The notes under the pieces were generated by a model. The model saw only the letters and a program-made list of their open reading frames with translations. It did no database searches and was not told the origin of the DNA. A DNA stretch of 64,000 nucleotides, from positions 1,118,001 through 1,182,000 of the forward strand of contig MU058153.1 of assembly GCA_013265495.1 (NCBI GenBank). The letters run 5' to 3'. This stretch comes from Vicugna vicugna. Lineage: Eukaryota. Below, piece after piece: positions 1 through 12,650 of the stretch. Position numbers and translations under genes: made by a program. Position 1 is the first letter of the stretch; each line of letters starts with the position of its first letter.

Positions 1-129
1 AATATGTCTATAGAGAAGAATTATTTTGTACTGCTAACAGCTATGTATATTTTACAGAGTTGTAAATTCTGTAGAATTCTTCCATAGAATCAGAATCACA
101 TAAGCAGAAAGGTGTGCTGTGGACAATGT

Positions 130-240
130 ATACAGTTTTCCATTGAAGCACAACATTTTCCCCACATAAGTAAGTTAGATAATCATGTAAATTACTTAGC
201 TTGTGCCTAGCACATAGCAGATTTCCGATAAATGGTTATT
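130..240 (+). mobile_element. MIR SINE 3' fragment
   Basis: agataatcatgtaaattacttagcttgtgcctagcacatag...ataaatggttatt resembles the MIR 3' end. Confidence 0.55.
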
Positions 241-1469
241 TTTAAAAATTGTAACGAGGAAGCAGTGACAATGATACAGACTATTTTGTAGAGACTCAAT
301 AAATTGAATCAGAACTTCAGCTCGAACAATGACTTAATCTATATTTTAGATGAGGTATTTTTCCTCTCATGAAATTCAGGGTCCTCCTCCTCTTTTTTAA
401 CTCTTAGCTCTACTTTATTTCTATAACACGTGCTAAGAAGAGTCTGCAAATTGCTGAGCAAATTTAGACATTTCTCTCTAGAGTTAAATATTGTCCTAAT
501 GGGAATTCTTACAATAGCACAGAATGACATTGAGGAGAACCAAGTTCGACACAAACTTAACAATGGCTGTTTATTTATGTATTTGAGGAAAGAAGACTCC
601 TCTGCTGTCACTTTTGTTTAAGCAATGGTTCAAAGTGTTGAAAAGGGGAGTTAATTTTATGGAGTCAAGGGACATATTACTGAGACTGTATCTAATTGGC
701 AAGGGTTCTATTAAGTTCAGGAGATTTTCTAAATGGTACATTTGACAGTTCTTGGTTGGCTGTAAGGGAACAAGAAAGAAGTTTGGGGATGTTTCAAAAG
801 AGGAAGTATTGTTCACTGTGCAAGCAGAGGATTTTCTGTGTCTGATCGCCTAGAACAAGAAGGGGTCCATGGGGTTCTTTGTTGATGTCATAATGATTGT
901 AATAGGTTTGGAGGAGAGAACCACAATGACTGATGGTTTCTGAATATAAACCAGTTAATATAAGAGAGAGTTAAAACATTAATATGGTTTAGATGTGAAT
1001 GAAATGATTTTGTTGAATTTAGTTAAAGTAGCCCATGAATCCAAAATAGACCTTTGAAATTTCAGGTCAAAACAATTGTGATGGGGAAAAGAAAAATTAT
1101 GTGGTTAAGGAATCTGACCTTATGATATGACATATAATGACATGAAATTTATTACAAGTTTTTCCCTGGAAGTCAGCATAGCCCAATGTCCAAGCCACTC
1201 TTTTTCTTTTGTCTTAAGACAGATTCAGTGTGAAAATGTTTTTTGATATTAATTATTTAGACAAAGCAAAACAATAATTGATGGTCCTCTCCCACTCCTG
1301 AGTAACAAAAGAGTAAGAGCAATGGATCGAGCTTAGCTGGTCTTAAAATCTGACCTCCCTGACTTCTAAGTTTTTTCCCTATGATCTGAAAAATGAAGCT
1401 AATAAACACATGCCAGACAGAGACCTATAGGTAATGAGTGCTTAGAAAAGTAGTTATACGAATTGAGTA

Positions 1470-1565
1470 AGATTATACATATTGTATATATTTCAAATAT
1501 TATACATATATATGATATATGTTTATATATATTACATATATATATATTCTATATATGCTATATAA
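1470..1565. repeat. AT-rich low-complexity tract (degenerate TA/TACA)
   Basis: Directly visible alternating tata/taca sequence. Confidence 0.85.
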
Positions 1566-1927
1566 CTGGCAAAACCCCAGCCCCATGGTAACTTCTCAAA
1601 TTTAAACTGTTTTTCACCTTCTCAGGTCATGCAAGAACAAGAACATTTAGTGAAGTCTATTACATTGAGCCCCTATACATTTTTAGGAAGCCTTTGTCAT
1701 TTACCTGGGCTTCTACTAGGTGTTAATTATAGATACAAAACAACATTAACATGTAATATAGTTCTTAAAAGGGAAATTTTTTTCTTCCTACCCTTTCTGG
1801 TCAACCAATAATAAAAATACTCAAGTATTTTTGGTGTGAGTTATGAGTGCTATAATCTTTTTGATCAACCATCATTTATTGAACATTATATATTCCTAAA
1901 TATATCCTTTTATTCTGTTTTATATAG

Positions 1928-2064
1928 GAGTTACTGGGAGAGCAGAGATAACCTGTGTAGAATAACAATATGGAAACATCCTGAAACCGCGCTGGAGTCT
2001 CAGTAAGTTGACTGGATTCAGATTTCACAAGCAGGGATACTGGTCCGTGGACAATTGGCTACAG
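1928..2064 (+). other. Candidate 137-nt non-coding (5' UTR or lncRNA) exon of an unidentified gene
   Basis: Acceptor ccttttattctgttttatatag| ends at 1927; consensus donor CAG|GTAAGT at 2064/2065; stops in all three frames. Confidence 0.5.
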
Positions 2065-2099
2065 GTAAGTGAGAGGTATCATTTACCCTTTAGGCTCTT

Positions 2100-2552
2100 G
2101 CAAAGATTGATTGACTGCGGGGTTGTTAATTACCTTTCAGATGATTGTAATTTTCCTTCGGCACAGCTGACAGCTTCCCTTCCCTCCCAAACGTACACGT
2201 GTGGATGCCAACATATGGCTAAATGTCTGGCCATTTCATCTTGTTCATTTGGGCTTCAGTCAATTACAAAAGGAGGAAGCAGGGGGGAAAAAAGGACCCA
2301 CCTCATAAAACTTTTACTAGTAGTGATTTATGCGGAGGGGTGGGAGTCAAACTGTTCCTGGAACAGATGTTTCTTTGCACTGCCCCGGGAGTTGAGAGAG
2401 CAGCAGACCGGTCTGCCCAGGATTCAGGATGGAACAAGCAGACAAATGGTGGTGCTCTCCTCCCCCCTCCCCTCTCCCCCCCTTTTTTTTTTTTGAAACT
2501 GGGGCAGCAGTTAGGTCATTAATGTGAAACAAAGTGTTTGGGAAAGGTAAGC
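2100..2552 (+). promoter_or_regulatory. Candidate promoter or alternative first exon ending in donor AAG|GTAAGC (2546/2547)
   Basis: Repeat-free and motif-dense: E-boxes at 2164, 2196, 2212, 2364; MEIS TGACAG 2168; PBX-HOX TGATTTATG 2324; STAT TTCCTGGAA 2355; 14-bp palindrome 2403-2416; C/T tract 2456-2494. Confidence 0.5.
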
Positions 2553-2570
2553 GGCTTTTTATTCTCTCTT

Positions 2571-2592
2571 TGAAAACCTGGTGAAAACCTGG
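2571..2592. repeat. Perfect 11-bp tandem duplication (tgaaaacctgg x2)
   Basis: Directly visible. Confidence 0.9.
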
Positions 2593-3869
2593 GAAGCTTG
2601 GTGGGGTGACAACATGACAGCATTTTCTCTTGGGCTCTTGGGAAATCTGAGCTTGTCTGAAAGAACCAGTCTGGAGCAAGCAAAGTGCAAGCGACTCATA
2701 CAAGTGGCAGTTTGTGGGCTGAGGGCACGGGACGTGGCATCCTCTGTAGTTAAACGTTGTCTTATCAACAGTCAAGGCCACTTGAGCCTAGAAATAGGAG
2801 TTGTCCAGCTCTGTGAAATGGAAATAATCTGTTCATTCATCTGTGGGGTTTCACAGATGTGTTGAGGCGAAAAAAAAAAAAAAGTAAAATCAAGTTATAG
2901 TGGCATTAAACTGCATCTCTGGCAAGGGAGACATTTATGCTTGCCATCTTAATTGGCAAATACTTACTTGAATCATTCATGCTGTTTTAAGAGGGGAGTA
3001 GAAATGTTATTAGAACCTGGCACCAGGGCAGGAGGAGTTGCTCATACATTGTCTTGTGAGTATTTAGCTCTCTCTGGGTCGCATGTCTAACAGCTCTCTG
3101 TCCTGAATCCGTAGCTGAAGAGCTTCCCTGAAGGCAACTATTCTTTCTTGCATCAAGTCCATCACATTATGTAGATTAAGCTAAACAGAAGGCATGTTAT
3201 CTGTCTTCCGGGAAACCACTTAGTCTTGAGAGTCACATAAGAACATAGATATGGAGGTTTTTTTCTAGCATGTAAAGTGCTCTCTAAAGATGAGGAGGTA
3301 ACGGTAAGATGGAGATGAGGCAGCAGCCCCTCAAGAGGTACACGAGCCAATAAAGAGAAGAGACTCGACGTGCTCTTGGTTGTTTTGGTCACTTGCTTTT
3401 TGTTTTTAGGGCTTTTTGAAGTGCGTGTGATGGTCCTCTCTCTTTGCCTTCACTCTCAGTCCTTCTGTCTGTTCAGAAGAGAGGATGCTGTTTCCTTTTA
3501 CTTAGACTCTTGTGTTTGTAGAGGAGAGACTCATGTAAGTGACGCAAGTGAAAAGAGAGTTATTCTGTTCACATGTGTGGGCTGGAACTGAAACAGAATT
3601 TGAAAACAAGGGGGGGGAAGAAAGTTCTAGAACCCTCTTATATGTTGGTACCATCCTCATAAGCAACAGGGAACTTATTCTCTTTGCGACTCTGATTCTC
3701 CCTGAATATATGTTCTATTCATTCCCCGCCCCCATCTCTCAGCTTCTGCTTGCTTTTCTGCTCCTTCTTGTATTTGCTTCTCTCATCATTTTGCTTTGTG
3801 CATAGCTTCTCATGGCCCCTCTAGCCACCTCCCATTTATTCAGCTTCAAATCCTGCTGCTAACTGCCTG

Positions 3870-4658
3870 CATCTGTTGTGTTACACTCAGGAAAACAGAA
3901 ACCACACCAGTGATTTCAACAGATAAATTCTAAGAATTATTAACCAGATATTGGAGAATTAAAAATGCAAAAACGGACACCAATGAATCACTGAGGTAGA
4001 AGCTGCAGGGAGTGGCTACGCTGGCTGCAGGGACAGCAGGCAAGAGTTTGAGGTGGTTAGAATTCAGAATGTTGGAGGAGAAGCTTTATGGAACTGGAAT
4101 TCAGTAGCTTTGGGTAGAAGTGTTGCCTGAAGGTAGAGGAACTTTGAAAGCGTGGGTGGGGCCGGGGGTGGAGGATGGTACTCCATTTCGCTGGAATCCA
4201 TGTCTCTAAGAAGAGCTATGCCAGCTAGCTGGTGTAGTGGCCTCAGGAGCTCAGATTAGGGAGCACAAAGACCTGGGACTCAGGATTTTGTGAGGAATGC
4301 TGTTGAGCCGATGTCACAGTGTGGAGAATTAGAAGGGAACCCACAGGCAGAGCTGGGACCGCATCTCTGAGGAAGGGGTCCCAGGCAGTGAGCACTGTTG
4401 TATCACCTGGAGAGGGGCTGATGAAGCTGTTTCTAGGCGTGCAGACAAAATGCAGAGCGGAACCAGCTGTTTTGCAGGGAGACACTGTCGGGAACATTCT
4501 CTCTGACTGTCCAGTCTCCCTCTAGCTTTCTCTGTTGGCAGAAACAGGGAGTGAGGTGACAAAGGAGAACTGCGCTTTGCCCAGACCCAGGCTCAGTATT
4601 TCAAAGCAAAATAAAAGATGGATTTGAACTGAGACATATTAACTTAATAGTGGGCACA
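3870..4658 (-). mobile_element. LTR78-like solo LTR
   Basis: One end caggaaaacagaaaccacacc, the other ggatttgaactgagacatattaacttaatagtgggcaca; both match the reverse complement of the LTR78 termini as I recall them. Confidence 0.7.
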
Positions 4659-4991
4659 CAGCTTATCCCCTGTTTACGTGTAAAGGGGTATGTATGTGTG
4701 TATGTGTGTGTGTGTTTTTAATTTTCAAAAAGTGAGACTCATTAGCTTGATTCATCTGATGACTGGGGTCACAGATGTTGACTTAACTAAGATGTGCTGA
4801 CTTTTAGTCCAGTGCCACTCCCGGCTTAATCAAGCGGCATCAGATGGTGGGTTATAAGAGAATGCAATGGAAAGCATTCCACTTAAGACTTTAAACCAGA
4901 TTGTTTTCTTGAAAATCAACTGAGGACATTCATGTGATTGCTCAGTGGAACAGATATAAAATATATAAATGTGACATAGTTAATGATTGAC

Positions 4992-5625
4992 TTTTTAATT
5001 AAGCTTTTTATTGTGAAGCTACTGTACATGGAAATGTACTTTTAAGAAATAACGTGGAGAGATCCCATGTACCCTTTCCTCCATCCCCCCTAGTGAATTA
5101 CCTTACAAAACTACAGGACAGCAAGACAACCGTGATATTGACATTAGTACAGTCAAGGTACAGAGCTTTTCTGTCACACAAGGGTCCCTCCTGTTGCCCT
5201 TTCTCGGCCACACCCACTCCATTCCCACCCCCAACTTCCGCCTGAAGTGTGGGCAACTATTAATCTGCTCTCCATTTCTACAATTTTGTCATTACAAAAA
5301 TATTATATAGATGGAGTCATGAGGTATGTAACAGTTAGGGATTGGCTCTTTTCACTCAACTTAATTCTCAGGAGATTTATCCAAGTTACTGGGTGCATCA
5401 ACAGTTCATTCGTTTTTTTTTTCAACTGAGTAGTATTTCATGGTAAGGTTATACAACAGTTTATCTTCCCATTCTCCTGTTGAAGGATGTCTTGATTGTT
5501 TGCAGTTTGAGGCTGTTACAAAGTTGCTGGAAGCATTTGTGCACAGATTTTTGTCTGAATATAAGATTTTGTTTCATTTCCTGAAAGTGTAGTTGCTAGA
5601 TTACATGATGGTTGCATATGTAGTG
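4992..5625 (-). mobile_element. L1MC-type LINE 3' end (host of a nested L1)
   Basis: agagatcccatgtaccc...gatattgacattagtacagtcaaggtacagagc...cacaagggtccctc matches the L1MC1-3 3' UTR. Confidence 0.8.
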
Positions 5626-6508
5626 TTTTTTCCCCAGGTTTACTGAGATATAATTGACATATAACATGGTGTAAGTTTAAGGTGTACAGTGTGATGATTT
5701 CATACATATACACACTGTGAAATGTTTAACACATGCTTCATCTCAAACAATTGCCATTTTGTTATTGTTATTATGGTGAAAACATTTAAGAGCTACTCTC
5801 TTAGCAACATTTAACTATATAATGCAATATTTCTAATTATAGTCACCATGCTGTACATCAGATTTCCCAAAACTTATTCATCTTATAGCAGAAAGTTTGT
5901 GGCTTTTGACAAGTGTCTCCCTATTACTCACACCTCCTACCCTGGGTAACAATGAATCTACTATCTATTTCTATGAGTTTAATATTTTTAGATTCCACAT
6001 ATAAGCAAGATCATACAATATTTGTCTTTCTCTGTCTGACTTATTTCACTTAGTATAATGCCCTCAAGGGCCACCCATGTTGTTATAAATAGCATGCTTT
6101 CCTTCTTTTTTATGACTGAATAATATTTCATATATATATGAGATCTATATCTGTATATTACATTTTCTTTATCTATCAATTCATTGATTGACACTTAGGT
6201 GGTTTCCATATCTTGATTATTACGAATAATGGTGCAGTGAACATGCGGCTCCAGATAGTTCAAGATAGTGATTTGATTTCCTTTGGTTACATACCCAGAA
6301 GTGAGAGAGCTGAATCATATGGTACTTCTACTTTTAATTTTTTGAGGACCTTCTGTGATATTTTTCATCGTGGCTACACCAATTCACATCCGCACCCACC
6401 AGGATCCCCTTTTCTCCACATCCTCACCAGCATTTGCTATCTCTTGTCTTGTTGATCATAGCCAGTCTAACAGGTATAAGGTGATATCTCATTGTGGTTT
6501 TAACTTGC
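5626..6508 (-). mobile_element. Nested L1MA-type LINE (3' UTR plus ORF2 C-terminal remnant)
   Basis: Begins tttactgagatataattgacatataac; ORF 5988..6194 gives ...TWVALEGIILSEISQTEKDKYCMILLICG, the L1 ORF2 C-terminus. Confidence 0.9.
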
Positions 6509-7884
6509 AGTGCAAACCTCTGAATTTTGATGAAGTCCAATTCATCAGTGTTTCCCTTTATGGATCATGCTTTGGTGTCCAGTCTAAGAACTCTCTTCCT
6601 AGCCTGAGATCCCAAAGGTTGTCTTCTGTTTTAGCCCCCTAAAGGTTGTATAGTTACATTTATTCTATTTAAGTGCATAACCCATTTCAAGTTAATTTTT
6701 GTATAAGGTGTGAAACTTAAGTCACATTAAGGACATGCCTATCGATGTCCACCTGCTCTTCTTGGTTTGGGCATCTATTGATTTTTCCATCCCTTTGAAA
6801 TCTTCCTTATTGTTGGTGTAATGAGTATTCTGCAGCTGAAATCTGGACATTTGGGGTATTATATTACAAGACTCTATATCTTATTTAAACCTTCCATTTT
6901 AGCTGCCCTCTTCTGATATTGATTCAGCAGGGGAGGTGGAGGTAGACTTAACACCAGGTGGGAGCAGAAATTCGTGTTCCTTAGTTGGCCTCTGTTGCAG
7001 CATGAGTGCATGGGGGCTCCTCATTATTTTTGAGTGTGGGCCGGAGTTCCAGCCCCCACTAGATGTCGACTGACATGTCCCCAGCTGGGAGGCACAGGAG
7101 GGTGGTGTGACTGCCACCCACTTGGTCACCACTGACATCATGGGCGAAAGAGTGGCCTCATTACTGCTGGAGGTAGGGGAAGTCCTTGCGCTCCCTGAAG
7201 CTGATGCCTTTCCAGCATGTCGGGATGTCCAGCATGGAGGGGCCCCTGTTCTGCTGAGTGAAGGCAGAGGGACAGGCTCCCCGTGTCACCTCCACTAGCA
7301 ACACAAGGGGTGGAGAGTGGGCTTGTTGATACAAGTTCTGGTTTCCTACCTGACCTTGCCTGATGCCTCCTCGGTGAGGAGTTTAGGGGACCTTGTCATA
7401 ATTTGGTGAATGTGAAGGTCTAGGGTCCCATTAGGGCTTTTCTGGCTTGGGTAGGGATAAAGCAATAGCTGTTTTTTGTTTTTTTGGGTTTTTTGTTTGT
7501 TTGTTTGTTTTTTGTGCTGTTCAGCTGGATGAGAGTCACTGCTCTCTTGCTAAACTGCCTTTTCCTTGTCCTTTGAGTAGAGAGTAGACATTTGTTGTTT
7601 CTTTCTTTCTTTTTTTTTTTTTGTCTATAACTGTTGGAATTTCTAGGTTTCTGGTCTCTTCTACTCCAAGTCTGGGATCTGTAAGGCAGAAGAAAAACCC
7701 AGGAATTCACCATCATGTCATTACTTAGATCTCAGCTTCCTAGACCATCTGCCTCCTACTTTCCAGCTTTAAAGGTCTTCTTATATATTTCTTATTTACA
7801 TATAACGTCCAGAGTTTTTAATTCTACTTAATGGGGTGAATAGGAAAAACAAAATCTACTCTATCTTCCTGGAAGTGGGAGTCC
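6509..7884 (-). mobile_element. L1MC continuation: short ORF2 piece joined to the 5' region and 5' terminus
   Basis: aattttgatgaagtccaa...tttggtgtc is ORF2; the end aataggaaaaacaaaatctactctatcttcctggaagtgggagtcc resembles the L1MC 5' terminus. Confidence 0.75.
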
Positions 7885-8212
7885 CTTGTAAGCATTTTTG
7901 ATGAACTTTTGATGGGTCCATTTTTATTGCTAATTTTTAAAAACAATAATTCAGTGAGAACCATAAAGCTATAAAAAAAAACCCCAGCAAAACAAAGCCA
8001 ACAAAAAACAAAAAAATTCAACCTTTCATTAAGTCCATTCCCCTGTATTCGGATAGGAATGCATGCAAACCCATCTCAAAGAGATGATTACTTTATACAG
8101 TAGGAGCTTAAACATAATTATCGAATGAAGGACTATTTACTAAATTAATTAATTTATTGAATTGTCTTCTGCATGCTAAACAACGTTCCAGGCACTGAGG
8201 AGGGCATATTAA

Positions 8213-8230
8213 ATATATATGTGTGTGTAT

Positions 8231-8272
<42 letters not shown>
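8213..8272. repeat. Compound (TA)n/(TG)n microsatellite
   Basis: Directly visible; about 18 uninterrupted GT units. Confidence 0.97.
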
Positions 8273-8274
<2 letters not shown>

Positions 8275-8791
8275 TTATACAGACATAACTATCAAGTTAT
8301 ATAAAAACCATTAACACTGCTATAATGGAAGGACTACCATAACTACAATATATGAGGTAGAAAGTTATCCTTCGTCTCCTCCCAGCAAGGCAGTGTCTTG
8401 TTCCTCTTTGTCTACTGCTTGTGTCTAATGAAGCACATTACTCATCATACATGACTTGCTGAAGGAGTTTAGCAGGGGAGGAGAGAGCACTTTGAGCTGC
8501 TGGGAAGTGATCTGCCATATATTTTCCAAAATTTCTGTAGAAAAGAGGCCTGTAACATTACTAAGTAACACATTCTCATATTGCACATTCCTTTACCAAG
8601 TTAGACACTTTTATGTGAGTCCTGTCCTTGCAAATGAACTGGGGTGCTTATGGTTCTGGCCTTGGTAGAAGCAGAGGAGAGATAAGCAGCCTTTTTCACA
8701 CATATTACTTTTAAATATTTAAGATCAAGTGCCCGTCTATCTCATCATAGATGCTTTAACCCCAAATACCAACCAGAAGAGCTTCATTTTT

Positions 8792-8794
<3 letters not shown>

Positions 8795-8832
<38 letters not shown>
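8795..8832. repeat. (TA)19 microsatellite
   Basis: Directly visible. Confidence 0.97.
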
Positions 8833-8837
<5 letters not shown>

Positions 8838-10719
8838 GCTGATGGTCTGTGAGTCAAATGTCAATCCTACCCATCCCAATACACACAAGACAAAACAAAC
8901 AAGTGCACCGAACAAACACAAAGAGCAGCATATGGTAACAAGATGATTTAACATCACTGTCCTTTAAGGCAGGTGTGAATTCTATCCTTAAACATAGTCC
9001 AAGGAGGGGCTCTGAGTTTCATCAGTTTATTGTGAAGTCTGACAGGCTGGGCATCCCATAAACAATGGCTTTCCGATTACCCAAGGATGGAACTTTATCC
9101 ACAAATATAAAAAGCCCTTGGCAGGAAGTCAGAATCACAGCTAACGAACTCTCCAGCATGTCACTCCTGGATCAGGGGACGCCAGAGGCGTAGAGAAACC
9201 AACAGGAACCCTGATGCTAAGAATCCTGATGGAACAGAAACAAGCCACGTTTAATGCATGGCAAGGGGCCGCCTGCTAAAGAAGAGTCCTGCTCATCACA
9301 GGCAGATGAAAAGAGATCCTTCTAACCTATATCCTAGACACTTAGAGGACATCAGCTTTGACTTGTGCATTTGATAAGCAGCGGTAGACTGAGGGGGGCT
9401 TTCTAAATAATGAGTATTTACAGGACCAGTTTTTTAAAAGAGCATCCTGGTGTTTGTTTGGTTGGCTTGCTCTTTGGGTGAAATGCTCCCCGTGAGTTCC
9501 TGTGCTGCAAAGTACAGAGAGATGGCAAAGTTTGGAGTAGGATGAGTTCTACTTTATATGATTTTCAGTGAAGAAAAAGTATAGCACATTGAACTAGACA
9601 GGCTATATTTACACATGGTTCATCTTGTTTCACGGAAATTCATTTTAATAGGTTCCTGATACAGAAAAGCACACTTGGAGAACACACCCTTAAAACTTCC
9701 AAGAATGTTCAACCTTATGACAGCATTCTACCTGTCATTTAAACTTTATAGTTGTCACAGACTGAAATGATCAGGATGCCATATAGTATTCAACATAGAA
9801 AATAACCTGTATTAACAGAAAATTGCACTATCCTGTGGGTTTTAAGGTTTATAAAAGTGATTAGACTTTAAAAATTTGCCATGTATCCAGTTATTATTTC
9901 TTTTCAAAATATGAATTGAAATATCTTTTAAAATATATTGGCATGATCATAAGCAAAACATGTTTTATTTTTAGAAACTTAGAAACAGAATAACAAGATG
10001 GCAATCACTTTGTTACAGAAAAGAGATTAAAGGCATCAAAAAGATATGTGTGAGTGGCAGTTCCTTCTCATGGCCATCCTCCTGAACGTGATTTGGCTGT
10101 TCTTCTGATTGTGCAATACAAGATTTAGCCAGTTTTCCTGAGCCACCTTCACATGACCTAGTTGAGAGCTGAGAGGTGGAGGCAAGAAACACAGAGAACG
10201 TCCTAATCAGAGCCATTGCATCTTCTTCTCATATTCCAGCTTATCAAACATTACTTCACACGTTTCCAGGTGTATGTGACACATTTTTTGAAAGTAGAAT
10301 CAGACCCTGTCTGTGAAGTCTCCTATCCTGCCCATCCAACCTAAGTAAGACGATCGCATTATCAACTTTTTTTTTCAAAGTGACAAATGTGCTAAATATC
10401 ATGGGAATTCTTTATGCTTGATTTCTCACATTTTGTATCTTTGGGCTTCATATGCACATTGCAAATACAATGAAATATCTCTGCAGGAAAGCAAAACATT
10501 TCACAGTGGGCTTTTACTGTTCAAAAAACCAAACCATAAGTCAGAAATTTCAAGGCCATACGACAATTTAGGACAGGCATTCTGTTCAACTGCGTGGTAT
10601 GCGTCTATTTCGGAGAACAACTCCTCAGTGGAGTTCCTTGCACGGAGATGGCGCAGTGGTAACAACTTGTTGAATGAATGATGGTTTATTTCATACACTT
10701 GGAAATAGCATGGTAGAAC

Positions 10720-10916
10720 CAAAGGTGTGCTGGAAAATCAGCTGAGGGGGAAAAAAAAAAGCTCTGATTTATAGTGTCTTCCTGTTTCTGTGGTATAAAT
10801 ACTCCCCCTATGGCCCATTTTAAATACCAGTGTGGTGTCACTGAACACAGAGGTGGGAAGAGATGTGCAGAATGTTCCCTTGCAGGCTGGTACAAGCCAG
10901 CCCCAGTGCCCTCCCG
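10720..10916 (-). mobile_element. MER63A-like hAT-Blackjack DNA transposon
   Basis: Degenerate TIRs caaaggtgtgctgg and ccagtgccctcccg; internal tgtggtataaatactccc and gtcactgaacacagaggtgggaagagatgtgca. Confidence 0.85.
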
Positions 10917-11639
10917 GTGGAGCCCCCTTGACTTGCTTTTGTGTGCTTTGGCGAAGGAAAATCATGACGCTGACTTCCTGTTAGTTGATTAGCTGGCTTG
11001 ATTTTGATGTCTTTCACTGGTAATGATAACCAAGTGTCACTTTTTTCCAGGTAGGCTGCCTGCAGAAAGAAAAGTTGTAAGAAAACCTCCCCAGGAGCTC
11101 CCAGCCTTTTGATAGCAAATAAAAACCAAGGAAGGCCTGGAGGATATTCCTGAAGTTGAAAAAGAAATCTCTTTAACTAGGGCCACCTACTCTGGGGCCT
11201 GGGAGCAGTTAAGCATGCCTTGAAGAATCCTTATTCTTAGCCACCCTAAGCTCCAAAACTGAATAGGAAAGCCTTAGGCACAGCACCCTTTAGCAACATG
11301 GTATGGTAACTCTTAGAATTTATAAAATCCTTCCAAGGCCCCATGATGCTAAACCAGTTTTGAAGTTAAGAAATTTAGAACACAGAAGCTTGAGGATAGT
11401 TTAACTCCATTTAAAACAATCATTCATTACAGAACTTCTATGGATCATACTCTGAGCTGGACATTCTCACTTATTTTATATTTTTCCTTTAATTCTTGTG
11501 CCTTTACTCTTGATGACAGAAGTAGAAATTCTTCCATTTATTGAAGATCAAAAATGGCATCCAGCAAGTTGGTTAAAATAATATTTTAGTGACAGCCAGG
11601 CAATCACCACCTGTTAAATGTCTGTGTCCAAGCTAGTTG

Positions 11640-11795
11640 ACATTTATCATTTTAGTTAATACTCAGCATTATTTCTATTTTGTGGATGAGGTAAATGAGA
11701 CTGAGGTTGAGTGTTATTCATGAGGTCAGCAACTAATAAATTATAGAGAAGAAATTGGACCACAAGTCAGTGTTTCTCCAAATTCATTTCTTAGC
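11640..11795 (-). mobile_element. MIR SINE
   Basis: Core cattatttctattttgtggatgaggtaaatgagactgagg. Confidence 0.7.
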
Positions 11796-11799
11796 ATGT

Positions 11800-12650
11800 G
11801 TTAATTAATTCAGTCATTCCACAAATGTCTATTGAGCATTCACTATGAGTCAGGCTCTATTCTTGGCTTTGGGGATACAGCAGGGAACAACCTCAATAAA
11901 AATTCAGGCTCTCACTGATCCCCACTTTAGTGGGCAGAAGCAGTCAACAGACAAGTATGTAAAACAAAATAATACCAAATAAATATTATGCTGGATGGTG
12001 GTAAGTTCCACAGAAAAATACAAAATAGGGAAGGAACAGGTCGTATAGCTGTAAGAGTGCCTTGCAATCTTAAGCTGATAATTAGGGAAGGCATCACGAA
12101 GAAGGTGAGAAAGATTAGAAGGAGGTGAGAGACTGATGTAGGCAAATATTTGGGAGCAAAGAGGAGGCAAGAACAGAGGCTTTCAAGTAAGAGCATGCTC
12201 AGCGCATTGGAGGAACATCGAAGTCTACACAGTGGTAAGCAGGGGAGAAGCTGATGGGAGTTGAGGTCCTAGAAGTGAGAAGTATGAAGTAGGATGCTGG
12301 ATCCTTTGACTTCTATGATTGAGTATAAACTGAAGGGAGGTGAGGGTGAAAAGAAGGGAGAACGATTAGCAGGCTGTTGGAATAATCCATGTGAAAGATG
12401 ACAATCTCTTGCATCATGACAGTGGAGATACAAGTGGTAAGAATTGGTTGGATTCTGAATATATTTTGAGTAGATATAATTTGTGGGATGATTAAAGGTA
12501 GGATGTCTCTGAGAGAGCGACTGAGAAGAACTCTACAGTTTTTGATCAGAGTAAACGGAAGACCCCATTAATGGAGATGGGGAGGACTGTAGAAGGAGGA
12601 ATTTGGGGTGGAAGATAAGGAATTTGTTTTTTAAATGTGGTAAGTTTAAT
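11800..12650 (-). mobile_element. L2 LINE 3' portion
   Basis: Starts cattccacaaatgtctattgagcattcactatgagtcagg (reverse complement of the L2 tail), followed by a purine-rich L2 body. Confidence 0.85.

Noticed and set aside
1605..1811. Acceptor ttttttcaccttctcag|gtcATG and ORF 1629-1811 as a coding exon
   Set aside because: No good donor downstream and the peptide is unrecognisable
11035..11056. ttttttccag|gtaggc as a second recursive splice site
   Set aside because: Short pyrimidine tract, another AG about 16 nt upstream and a weaker donor; such motifs are common by chance (similar ones at 47980 and 25947)
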